64,000 nt of DNA, from positions 87,792,001 to 87,856,000 of the forward strand of contig NW_026262712.1 in NCBI RefSeq assembly GCF_021869535.1. The letters run 5' to 3'. The DNA comes from Mytilus californianus. Taxonomy: Eukaryota. The position numbers were made by a program, and so were the translations under genes. Below are positions 37,896-50,540 of this stretch, piece after piece (positions within the stretch are counted from its first letter, which is position 1; every line of letters begins with the position of its first letter). The notes beneath the pieces were generated by a model. That model had not been told where the DNA came from and searched no databases. It was given only the letters and a program-made list of their open reading frames with translations.

Positions 37896-37930
37896 TCTAA
37901 ATGTTTCAAAGTCGATTTTGAGGCAAATAC

Positions 37931-38036
37931 GAAGGACGTTCATTTTGACTATGAAAACAAGTTGTAAGACAAGAAGAGTTAACAAATATTGTAAATGATA
38001 TTTACGCTGATTCGAATTATCAATCTTGAACATCAT
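37931..38036 (-). CDS. Candidate first coding exon of the MGAT4C-like gene (type II signal anchor)
   Basis: Acceptor TTCCTTCTTTTACAG near 38071, then MMFKIDNSNQRKYHLQYLLTLLVLQLVFIVKMNVL. The weak donor C|GTATTT is phase 1, compatible with the catalytic exon. Confidence 0.45.
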
Positions 38037-38559
38037 GGCTTTTCTTCTCCAGTCTGGTGATAATGGTGGCTGTAAAAGAAGGAACGATATATAATAAGAA
38101 AAGAGAATGAATACTTTGAATTTTTCTGTTGTAGATGGAAGCTGTAAAACGCTAAAAAAACTTTGTCATTTGATTACAAACAAAACAAAGAAAATCGAGT
38201 CTGATTTCCTCACTAGCTATTGGTTACGTTCACCTATAGTAAAAATTATTTTTTTATAATTAGTTTGCTCAATCTGCCCAAAAAAAAATGTTTTGATATA
38301 ATATGATACAACACAGATCAGATCGTATTAAATGAAGACATACTGTATGTATTTGATATTTATATGAATACCATGAGCACTGCAATATTATGAGGATAAC
38401 ATACATAGCCAGGAAGCAACTAATATTGGTACGATGTCGTATGCATCTGATATTTATCATATACTAAAAATCGCGTATGTAAAAACGAGTAAATATATTC
38501 TCTTCGTCTGTGAAACAAACATGTAAAATCTCTATAAATATGGCAAAACATTTTCAGGA

Positions 38560-40250
38560 TAAATAAAGGAAACAGTAGTATACCGGTGTTCAAAAGTCGA
38601 CTGAGAGAAAACAAATCCGGGTTATAAACTAAAACCGAGGGAAACACATCAACTATGAGAGGAAAACAAAGGAACAAAAGGAACACCGAAGTGCAACAAA
38701 AACAAACGCCAACACACATAGAAACGAACTATTTGATAACAACTTCCATATTCCTGACTTGGTAAAGGACATTTTAAGAAAAAATGGTGGGTTGAACCTG
38801 GTTTCATGGCATGCCAAACCTCCCGCTTTATGACAATGTTTAAAAATAACGTTAAAACACTACGTAACAGAAATACAGCACAAACACACGCAACTCGGAA
38901 CATTTATAACAGAGAAACGCACAAACAAATAATGTAATAGTCGACACAACATGCAAACCACAGAACAACAACGAACATATTCCATACACGAAAAACACCA
39001 CAGGATATCAAAAATAGTGACGCGCTTACGTAACTAACATGCAATCTCGAACTTTATACAATTATTTTCACAATATTCGTCCAAACAATTTTCCTGACAA
39101 TGACGGTATGGAAAGGCAATTTTATAATTATTTGGACTACAAACGATAAGACATAACAGATTATCCAACCGAAACCATAACAGAAACATCAAAATAAATC
39201 CATTAATGTTGGATGTACAAAACACCGAGACACGCCGCACAGCAATGCAAATTCACATTCAGTATAACAGTCATATTCTGGAATATGACAATGATGGTAT
39301 TGAAAGTCAATTTTATAATTATTTGGACAACAAACGATACGACATAACACATTATTCAACCGAAACTATAACAAAAACATCAAAAATAAATACATGAATG
39401 TTGGATGTACAAAATACCGCGACACGTCGTATAGCAATGTAAATTCACTCTCGGTATAACAGTCATATTCGGGAATAGGTCACGTTCGGTACTTAGCAGA
39501 CAGACGACATAGATGTTAAACCACAATCTAAGATGTGGCAAAAATGTCATTAGTTAGTTTAGACACAGACACATCGTATAGATCAACCAATTCGTGATGG
39601 TGTCCATAAAATTTACGGAGTGTCACTTTTAATCTTTCCTCCTCATAACTCTGTTGGAGCAGTTTCTGCGTAAGGAGCACACGCTTGTATATGAAGTCAG
39701 TATAGTGTGAACATGCACGAGCATAACGTATCAATTGAGATATGTACACACCATACGACGGAGCAGAGGGTATGTTACTGTCGAGAAATGGGAAATTGAT
39801 AATTGGGAAGTTGAAATCATTCCGTTTGTCATAGATTTTAGTGTGAAGTCGTCCATCTGTGTCAATATTGAGGAAAAGATCAAGGTATGAAGCAGACCGT
39901 CTTGTATCAGTATCATCCTAAATTTCAAGTGCACTGGGATATATGAGATGCAAGTACTGACTGAAATATGGGTTATTCAGTGATAGGACATCATCAATAT
40001 ATCTGAAAGTAAAATTAAAGAACTTTGCAAGGTGCTTTTTCTTGTTTAATGGTGTTTAATGGTGAAGTCGATCTTTCAATTGAGCATTGGGAATAGTAGT
40101 GTAAAGCGTAGAAAAATCAAAGGTCTTAATGTTGCTGCAAAATTGCAGAGATTGTGATCTGAGAATTGGCAGTAGATCTTTAGATTTTTTTGAGAATCCA
40201 AAAGAGAAGAAGGAAAATGTTGCAAAGAAAATCAACATTGGCTATATATT
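38560..40250 (-). mobile_element. Penelope-like retroelement remnant (Naiad-type RT), truncated and internally deleted, with 3' tail
   Basis: Fragments IKTFDFSTLYTTIP, FNFTFRYIDDVLSLNN, IYDKRNDFNFPIINFP and YGVYISQLIRYARACS..LRKFYGHH, followed by a non-coding tail with an internal ~190-bp duplication. Confidence 0.85.
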
Positions 40251-40728
40251 CGGGACTTGAAAAAAAATTATAGGATGAATTTTGTATATAGGCAGGGCTT
40301 CGTATCGAACACATTAATATCTAGGAAAACTTAATTTTTATCAACTACAGGACAAACACGAGATGTACTTATTTACACCAAGATGTCGTTATAGGAAATT
40401 GGATACCCTGCATTTATCATGCTTTTCAATAGCATATGGTCAAATCGCTGAAAGACCCCTCCTAAATTTATTGAAAACTATCATTCTGCATTGACAATAA
40501 AATCTTGATGTAAATTAAATACACCCATTCGGACTAAACGCCCTCAAGATGTATCGAATACATGCACATTTCAATACAACGTTTGCAAATTTATACCATG
40601 AAAACAAGAACAGAGATTGCTAATCTGGAGAGCGCCATTAACGTGTTTTTAATGTGTTAACATAACTTTTTCTAACTGATAAATGACCCTATATCTAGTA
40701 GAAATAATCGATTGAGAAGGAATGTGAC

Positions 40729-41308
40729 GGCAAAGTGTATTACCTGGACTGGACTGGACTGGATTCTTGGACTGGACTGGACTGGACTCTCACATGTTTT
40801 TTTTTTATAACATGCACTTATTTTTTATTTGATTATATGTTATCTTATTGCTTATTACAGCTGTACTTTATACTTTTTTTTATCAATAATTATTTTTAAT
40901 TTATAATCTTGCCTGTCAATAGAAGTTGTATTAATGACATTCGACCTTAGAACAGATGTTTTATATCTATTTAGGTACAAATTGGAATGTCAGCATCAAT
41001 TTCATTGTATAAAGCAGATAGAAGGACAGATAAATTATCCTGTAGTGTGCATTGTTATGTGTATAATACATTTATCACCTTATTTTTTATTTCTGAAATT
41101 TATTATTGTGAACTTTGTTTCACATGAAAATAAAAATACAAATATTTTTATTCCATTTAACGGCCCATTACAATCTGTAACTTAATAGATATATTAAAAA
41201 AAATAAACATGCGAGAGTCCAGTCCAGTCTATAGTCCAGTCCAGTCTATAGTCCAGTCTATAGTCCAGTCCAATCCAGTCTAGTCCAGTCCAGGTAACAC
41301 ACTTTGCC
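40729..41308. mobile_element. 580-bp MITE with (CTGGA)n microsatellite inside the TIRs
   Basis: GGCAAAGTGTATTACCTGGACTGG... / ...CCAGTCCAGGTAACACACTTTGCC, followed internally by CTCTCACATGTTT / AAACATGCGAGAG. Confidence 0.85.
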
Positions 41309-44300
41309 TGATACTTTTATGAAGTGTTTTTGACATTGTTTTCTTCAATGTTTCTTCCAGTTAACGAAAATATGTCAAAGACAACGAAAAGTTGCGCAAG
41401 TTAGTAACAAATATCCTAGTCTCGTATATTTGAGATTACTAAAATTGATTTTGTGAAACCTTTTAAAACAAAGTAATACAATAATTCTTTTTTAAAAACA
41501 TATTTATGTAAACAAATACGTATACAATATTCTCAAAATCGTCCTTTACCCTGAAAGTGTTTATCTCGGGTGTCTATCGTCATAACACGCCAAATTTGTT
41601 TGATTACCTTTAAAAATCTTCTTATATGTAAATAAACAATGGATATAATCATGCAGTTTTTGTCAATATAAGAGGCGTAACATATATTTTCGATTCTGAA
41701 TTGTGCGGAGTACATGGGCTCTGAGATGAAGAACAGCAATACAAGCACCGTTCCTTTGCTTTTGGTTTTTTATAGTGCATGTAGAGATTGTGTTATAAAT
41801 ACACAATCACTGTAATAAAAAATATGAAAAAAATGTAGGAATGTAGAATATTAGAACTTGCAAGATCCATGCTATAAGCATGAATTGTTTCGACCAATAC
41901 AAGTTTGTTCGGAAGCATCTCTGTCTCGGGTACAGTTCAAGCAAACAGAAGCAGTTTCAGTTACCATGCATTTGTTATGGTGTTTATTTCGTATCACTTT
42001 CTATAAGTTAAACAATTAACCATACCAGGCTGAGTACTTGTCTTGCAGTGATCTCGTCTCTAATATTTTGAGAAATATTCAAAACTGAAAAATAATGTAA
42101 ATTATATAACTGGATAGCAATTCTCTTTATTCTAGCGTTTTCAGTATTTGTTGCCATGGAAATGCGCGGGAAAACGGGTTTGAATATGTTTTTACATCCA
42201 TTACGATAGGAATTTGATATCTTACATATTATAAGTAACTAATTTTTTTTATGTCTTGTGAATACATAAATAGGTTCTGTATCTTATAGTTTACATCCCA
42301 AAGGCAAAATCAATTTTAGATGGATTGAAGATTTAAGAATTGATTTAATCCCTTAATTGCCTTTTTGAGAAATGTGTTGCTTGTATGTTATATTGATAGT
42401 ATAATGCAAATATTAAAATGGCAACACGTTTACATGTCAGTTTTTTCAAAACTAAATGAACCATTATTGGGGTGAACGGTTAAATAATCACCTTGGAAAT
42501 GAGACATGCCAATGCTTATCATTGTGACAACTGGATACTAAATATATTTGCCTTGTCATACGTGGATTCCTACAGTATGAATGTAAGGAGTAAAACTGAC
42601 CACCAAAAAGGCATCCAACAGATTAAACTACTCAGTAGGGAACAAATCCTGCTTGAAAACAAAAATGACAAAAATGATGTTTTTTTGCTGTGCATCTACT
42701 GATTTTTTGTCATGGATGGATACGCCATATCCTTTATGTTTTCTATTAAAATCATTATATATTCTTTAACATGTTTAAGGTCATATTTAACCTTACTGTG
42801 CTACTGCTTCTAGTCTGATACATCGCATACAATGTTAGTTGAAATATAATATACACTTATTGACTTGTTATGAGGGTAATAGCAAGTATGTTGTCCTGAG
42901 ATACCAACTATTGTTAGAGGCGAAGTGACCATTTCTAAACCTTACAACTGGCGTATTCTTATAGACGAAGGTTACCTATTTACAATGAAGTATAATTAAG
43001 ATATGTGTTCAGATTTCAAGATGTTATTCATAACCTCAGACACATACAGGTGTACCAGAGGACAATATAATTACAAACATAAAATAACACATACCACATC
43101 AGTGATGAGATCAACTCCAAACATTTTACTCGTAGTCACTATGCTATCTGTTATATTTATACTAAAAGCGACGTATTTTTAGAATTCGATATTCTAATAA
43201 AGACTGCGACAAAGTATGGTTTATTTTCATTACTAAATAGAGAAGAAAACTTAAAAAGACGACGAATGACTTACCATGGCGACAACTGAATGCAATAAAT
43301 GCAACAACAGCTCACCGTGATTCCGGGGCATTTAATTTAAGTGAGCTTGACCAAGATGGACGACAACATTGTGATAGGTACACATGTACTTACATTGATC
43401 AATATACATGTGTACTGCTAAAAAGATTTTTGAATAAGATTTACTACAAAACAACCATCCACAAAAGATGAAAAATGTTAAAGTCAATTATATTTTCACA
43501 TCTTCACATAACAGCTTGCTTGCTAAACGTCCTAATATAAAAAAAGTAGACCATGAGATGTTAATAATGGGGAAACTAATATAACATGTATTTAAGTGTA
43601 CCTAAAACTATGTGGTAAAAAATCAAACTTACAAGGTTGTCTCCTTAATATAAGAAGAATCGGCAGAATCGCTGAAATAGCAGAAATGACAACGAATACT
43701 CGCACTATCCCAACTGGTCGAATCATCTTTCCAAATCGATATCAACAACATCTGGTTTTGATCATGTATGAATTATAAGCTTTTATACACAAACTACTGT
43801 GTTAAAAAATTCATTGCATTCATATGTTAATATATGTTTGCCGTTATTATTAAGTGAACGCTTGTCACCATAATATCAATGTTATTATTTGTCTATTAAA
43901 AGCTTTTCTAAAAGAAAATTTTATACAAAATTCATCTACTCTGAATTAACACATCATTAGGTAAAGACGCGCTAGTACAAATACCCATCGGCAACACTAC
44001 AGGGTAACTTTATTTGATGACCGCTAGTTGATGACCTACAATTTTCAATTTATACGCATGTTTGATTTTTCACACAGTCAGAAACTGTTATGCTATAGTT
44101 CCGTACGATTTAATTTTTGTTGTACCGTATTCTCAAAACAACGAAGCAAATAATAAACAAACAACCAAACACAATGATCAGATGCAGTAAATATCTAATA
44201 TAAATCTAAGTCAAGGTTATTCTAGTTGTACCTTTTATTCATATATCCTACAGATTTCTGATTTTTTTTTGCAAGATGTTATTTCTGACCGAGACAGATC

Positions 44301-45052
44301 TCAAAATGAAACAGTAGTATTAAAGCTATGTATGCTCGTTCTAAAACTTTCAATGACCAAATGATAAATGATAATAGTTTAATTCGAAAGTACACCTTCA
44401 CATAACTACTTTTCAAAGTCACTTTATGTGACTAAATGTGTTGTTGGAGATTGATATATTTATAGTCGGGTTTACATATTTTGCAATAAATGTAAAATAT
44501 TTAAGGGTAGCCGTGCTTCATATACTGTCCCAGCTAAGGAGGGTTATGCACTCACTAACATATTGAACCGTCTATATTTCAATTCTTTTCTATTAGATGA
44601 CGGTTCTCTGTCTGTTTGAGGATACAATGTTTAACATTGCATTGTTGCAATAATAAGGGAGGCCTGTAACAATTCTTGCAGCGTAACGCTTAAGTTTTCC
44701 CAAAAAGTTCAGAATTCCCGACACCACATTTACCCCATACTTCGCAACATTATACTTAAATTATGGATTTATATAGTTGAACGAGTGGGTTTATATTTGA
44801 ATTAACGTAGTAGACCTTAATGTTTTGATATGACAGTTAAAATAATTAAAACACGATGGTTTCATTTACAATAACCACTTATAGTAATTTAATGTTTATA
44901 AGGTATATATTCTATTAAATTTCTTGGTTATCTGGTAGAAATAAAAAGTTTTCTGAGCGTTGGCTATTTGTAAAATATATTTGTTTTTATTAAAGACATT
45001 TCAGATATGTTATAGAATAAAACAAGTCATCAAAAATACAAATAATTTGCTA

Positions 45053-45096
45053 CCCCAGACGCACGTTTCGTCTAAATAAGACTCTGCAGTGGCTCG
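45053..45096 (-). ncRNA. Degenerate hammerhead motif (A6 position = C)
   Basis: - strand: GCCA-CTGCAGA-GTC(ttattta)GAC-GAAA-C(gtgc)G-TC/TGGGGT. Confidence 0.65.
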
Positions 45097-45515
45097 GTAC
45101 TTATGCATCCCGCCAATGTGTTGTTGTGCTGTGGTCATTTTTTGTATTCTTGTCTTTCATTTTTGCTTATGTGCTTTATCTATATTCAATTTTGTTTTTC
45201 TTTGTTGACATATTTGTTTGTTTTTATAGTGATTAAGATTATAACACAATGTTGACTGCTGTACCCCTATTTTTGACATTTTTACCTATTATGTCTGTTT
45301 GTTTTGTTCACACATTGTTTTCAATATAATGGAATTCATGCGACTGTCATACAAGTGAGAGGTTTAGCTAGCTATAAAACCAGGTTTAATCCACCATTTT
45401 CTACACAAGGAAATGTCTGTACCAAGTCAGGAATATAACAGTTGTTTTCCATTCGTTTGATGTGTTTGAGCTTTTGATTTTGCCATTTTAAAGGGACTTT
45501 CCGATTTGTTCGGTA
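45089..45515 (+). mobile_element. Non-coding copy of the 3' tail of the Penelope-like element at 55040-57310
   Basis: Its reverse complement is colinear with 55100-55540 (e.g. GGCAAAATCAAAAGCTCAAACACATCAAACG; AAACCTCTCACTTGT). Confidence 0.85.
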
Positions 45516-45760
45516 TTTTTATGCCCTACCTAGGGGCATTATGTTTTTCGGTCTATGCGTCCGTTCGTCCCGCTTCACGTTAAAGTCTTTGGTCAAGGTA
45601 GTTTTTGATGAAGTTGAAGTCCAATCAACTTGAAACTTAGTACACATGATCTTTCTAATTTTAATGCAAAATTACAGTTTTGACCCCAATTTCACGGTCC
45701 AGTGAACATAGAAAATGATAGTGCAAGTGGAGTCTGTGTACTATGGACACATTCTTGTTG
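45516..45760 (-). mobile_element. Short Helentron-type non-autonomous element
   Basis: TTTTTATGCCCT..CGTCCGTTCGTCC..GGACACATTCTTGTT (reverse complement of an AACAAGAATGTGTCC start). A similar fragment lies near 12455-12520. Confidence 0.6.
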
Positions 45761-45814
45761 TTATTTTACCTTTTTTTAATCATAATATAGTAGGAAGGCT
45801 AATCAAAACAAGTT

Positions 45815-46470
45815 TTTTGATTGATTGATTTTGGTATCTAACATATCTTTATTCTCATAAAGCCAATGCATAACATCAGTACAGAGATAACAACAACAAC
45901 AACTATTTACAATATATACAAAACAAGAGAGAGAAGTTACAAAAGTCACTAGCCAGGAGGACAAAAACAAGTATTAATATCTTTTATAAATAATGAACAA
46001 AGCTTCTTCAGGACTTGTTTTCGTGTACTCGACAGAAGTTCAGAGAATTTGACTGTATTATGACGTTTTACAAAACATGAGGTTTAATACGATCGAAAAA
46101 AATACATTCGAATATATAATGATATTCGTCTCCAATTTGTCGATTGTTACATGGGAGGCAAAAACGTTTTTTTCTTGATACGTTTTGCCACCTTCCTGTT
46201 CAATTGGCAATTTGTTATTAGTCGTGTGAAATCGACAGAGAACAATAGAATCTTTAAATTCCAAAATATTAAAATATTCCTCAAATTCCCAGTTTTTCTT
46301 TAAAATTTTGTGGTTAATACCATTTGACGAATTTTGGATAAGCGAATTCCAATTCTGAAGAAACTGGTCTAACAATCTTTGCTTTATAACAGTTTTGACA
46401 AATTATTATAAAGGAAATTTTGTGTTTTCCATATGTATGATTTTTGAAATATTTTTTGAACGAACAGAAT
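45815..46470 (-). mobile_element. Non-LTR retrotransposon 3' fragment (ORF2 C-terminal Cys/His motif)
   Basis: LDQFLQNWNS..FEEYFNIL..LCRFHTTNNKLPIE, then after a frameshift GRWQNVSR..IGDEYHYIFEC. 3' GAGAATAAAG and an (AATC)n tail. Confidence 0.8.
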
Positions 46471-46484
46471 CCAGTTAGTCACTA

Positions 46485-47420
46485 ATCCTTAGTGTTGACA
46501 GGCTAGTGATACAGTATAGATAAACTAATTAGACCACTCGGTCACCAAGGCTGGGTTCAAACTCACAACCTCAGTGTTGACAGGCTAGTGATACAGTAGA
46601 TAAACTACTTAGACCACTCGTCCACAGAGGCTGGGTTCAAACTCACAACCTCAGTGTTGACAGGCTAGTGATACAGTAGATAAACTATTTAGACCACTCG
46701 GCCACCGAGGCAGGGTTCGAACTCACAACCTCAGTGTTGACAGGCTAATGATACAGAAGATAAACTACTTAGACCACTTGGCCACCAAGGCTGGGTTCAA
46801 ACTCACAACTTCAGTGTTGACAGGCTAGTGATACAGTAGATAAACTATTTAGACCACTCGGCCACCGAGGCAGGGTTCGAACTCACAACCTCAGTGTTGA
46901 CAGGCTAATGATACAGTAGATAAACTACTTAGACCACTCGTCCACGGAGGCTGGGTTCAAACTCACAACCTCAGTGTTGACAGGCTAGTGATACAGTAGA
47001 TACATTATTTAGACTACTCGTCCATGGAGGCTGGGTTCAAACTCACAACCTCAGTGTTGACAGGCTAGTGATACAGTAGATAAATTATTTAGACTACTCG
47101 TCCACGGAGGCTGGGTTCAAACTCACAACCTCAGTGTTGACAGGCTAGTGATACAGTAGATACATTACTTAGACTACTCGTCCACGGAGGTTGGGTTCAA
47201 ACTCACAACCTCAGTGTTGACAGGCTAGTGATACAGTAGATAAACTATTTAGACCACTCGGCCACCGAGGCAGGGTTTAAACTCACAACCTCAGTGTTGA
47301 CAGGCTAGTGATACAGTAGATAAACTATTTAGACCACTCGGCCACCAAGGCTGGGTTCGAATTCACAACCTCAGTGTTGACAGGCTAGTGATACAGTAGA
47401 TAAACTTATTACACCACACG
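46485..47420 (-). repeat. Tandem array of 12 exact-period 80-bp units, each a SINE tRNA-like head (A-box + B-box)
   Basis: TCAGTGTTGACAGGC starts every 80 bp from 46571 to 47371 (first, divergent unit at 46491). The unit is the reverse complement of the first ~80 nt of the SINE at 25668. Confidence 0.95.
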
Positions 47421-50124
47421 GCCTGCGAAGCACCAAATACGAAGTTGAAAAGCATTAAGCCGAACATCCCGAAAACAAGTCTGGATTTCTGCTAAAATAA
47501 TATCAGCATAAAAACGGAAACAAAATGTGAAGTCATGGCATGTGTTATAGGAATTTAAACATTCCGTGTTTTATGATGAGTTTTTATTTTGATCAATATA
47601 TAAAATAGGAAGTAAACAGTGACACTACGAGTGAACAATATGTTTTAATAAAATTTAGAATGGAAACGGGGAGTGTGTCAAACAGACAACAACCCGATCA
47701 AAGAGCAAAAAACAGCCGAAGGCCACCAAGCGGTCTTCAACACATCGAGAAAATCCCACACCCGAAGGCGGGCTTCATACATGCAGCATGGTTTATAACA
47801 GGGGCCACAGATAGGGGGATAGTACTATAAAAGTTTATATTTCCTTGATCATTTTTACCAATAAATAGAGAAGGGTGATCAAACAGTTTCTAACGATATA
47901 TGCGGACTTACATATGACCATCCCAAGTTTGTTAGCTCTTCTGTCGGGTTAAGAAGAACATTTCAGTATAAGTAAATATGTTTGGTGTCGGTTAAATTTA
48001 TAAAATATAATTCTAACATACCTGGATTTTTGGTCAGTGTTAAAACTTTCAGAAAAATTATGATAAATCCCGTCATTACAACTATAAATCGATGTCTTTT
48101 ACCAAGTCGTATCATCTTTTTCTTCACTCAGTCTGAAAAAAGATATTTTCCTACACTCAAAATTATATCCTTACTATACGCTTCGTGAAAATCGTCTTGC
48201 CATTGTACTTGCCATTATCGTATTACTTGCAGAGAAACGGTATCAACTTACACTTTGATAAAATAAACCGAACAAATGTATAGAAACGTAATGATTGTTA
48301 AATTTATAGGGTCAAAATCAAATGTCATGGATAATTTAAACAGAATATGAAATTCTTCAGGAAATCTTAAGTTTGCATGTACACACGCTATATAGGTTAT
48401 ACCACAGTCCAATAAAAGGATGTCGTAACCAATACTTTTCATCTATCATTGCCGTCGTATTTATTTACCCTTACGAAATAGAGATATTATAAAATAAAAG
48501 TCCATTAAAACCTCATGCCATAGAATTGTAGTTTTACTGTTTGTGAAGTCTGACGCTGTTTTATTTAGTTAACATAATCGTATTGTTACAGTAATTTAAT
48601 CAAAGCATCATGGACGTTGTGATCCAGCCAATTTCGTAGCTAGTCTGACATTTTTTCTGACCCTTCTTTCAATATTTCTTTTGTTATTTTCATTTCCATA
48701 ATCTCACTGTAAAATTTCTATTCTATTGCCCAAAGATGGAGAATTTTGCAATATTGATGCAAATTATTTTGGTATTTCAATTGAAGACACTGTCAGATTT
48801 TTTAACATCTTCCTTTTTTAGAAACATTTGAAATTCAATGATTTTGACAGGAATATTAAAGGAAATCTTCAAACATGTAGCATATTTTTTATATGCCATT
48901 AATAATAATTGGCTTAATAATTTCCTAAAGACGCATTAAAAATGCACTTTCTCAACAACAACAAAAATGAATAACTATTTTTTTTTTTATCTAAATTGGT
49001 GTTCATTCTCCATCAAGGAAAAAATACATTTCCTGTATTCAAATATACATGTACAAAAACCTAATGCTGAATTAAATTCCAATTAATATTAAATAGCAAT
49101 ATAATAGGGAATATACAAATAAATTTATTGCAGAAAATGCTCAGGTAAGAGTTATGCAAATGTGTTTATTGTTTCAACAAATTACTGATAACTGTAACTT
49201 AAATAGACCTTAATTATTAACTTATGTCAGATGATTATGACACTGATTCTACAAGTGAAATAAAATCTGATTGCATTTTTTATACACTATATTTTGTTTT
49301 TTGTCTTTTCTTTGAAAAGAAACCCACATCTTATTAATCAGTCAGCTTTGACACAAAATTAACAGAATAATTTTATGTAGTGTTGATCAAAAATAAATAA
49401 AAGGTACATTATTGAGGTCAAGATTTTGTATATTCAGTTATATGTGTAATAAATTGAATACACAAATTCTTGAACTCAATACCAGTATGATTATCAATTG
49501 TCATGATTTATTAACTGTGGTCAATTACAACTGCAGTTGAGTGGAGTTGAATCCAATTAATACTTACACCTTTGAGTGTAATTGTTTGAAAATAGTGACA
49601 GTTGTCTATCATACTGGTATTGTATCAATACTCTTAGTTGTCTAATGAAAGAATGGGAATAATAACATTTCAAAAAGTGTGGGAATCAACTCTGATATCA
49701 ATACACATCTTGAACCAAATTTTATTCAATGGCTTACAGGAACATAAGATACTGATAAAACACTTTCATTATTCTTATCAACTGCTAAAATTACACACCA
49801 TTATTTCATGATATGTCTTCAACTTAGAATTTTACACCATCTCCAAATCCGGAGTGATCACATAGATCCAGCATGGCTGAATCAAAAATGTTAACATTTT
49901 AATGAGGTAGTTAAATTTCCCCTGAATTTATTACACACCAGGACAATTTCGAAAAGGTGTTTCAATCGTATGATAACCACCCATTGTTATTACATTAAGG
50001 TGGTTTATTTCTGAACAGGTCTCCAAATGATATATGCCCGAATATAGCCGCAATTACGACAAGTTTTGAGGATTTATCAAAAAAATTTATCAGATGGACA
50101 TTGTTATCCAAACCAAAGTTTTGT

Positions 50125-50540
50125 TGGAAGTTAAGCTATATATTGTCTGACTCGGACTTCATTTAAACTGAGTTTTACTGTGCGTATTGCTGTGTGTTTG
50201 TTTATTCTACAATAGCAAGAGGTATAGGGGGAGTGTTGAGATCTCACAAAACATGTTTAACCCCGCCGCATTTTTGCGCCTGTCCCAAGTCAAGAGCCTC
50301 TGGCCTTTGTTAGTCTTGTATGGTTTTTAATTTTAGTTAATTTATATATTTTGGAGTTTAGTGTGACATCTATTTTACTGAACTAGTACACATTTTTATT
50401 TATAGGGGCCGGCAGAGGCCCGCCTCCGGTGCGGGATTTTCTCGCTGTGTTGAAGACCCATTGGTGGCCATCGGCTGTTTTCTGCTCTTTGTTCGGGTTG
50501 TTGTCTCTTTGACAAATTCCCTATTTCCATTCTCAATTTT
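50125..50540 (+). mobile_element. M2-family copy (near full length)
   Basis: Colinear with 17160-17440 and extends further 5'. Confidence 0.85.

Noticed and set aside
42096-43182. Two signal-anchor-like peptides (KLYNWIAILFILAFSVFVAM; MRSTPNILLVVTMLSVIFILKATYF*)
   Set aside because: The first has no in-frame start and the second stops after 25 aa. T-rich DNA readily yields hydrophobic runs, and I could not find a downstream domain.
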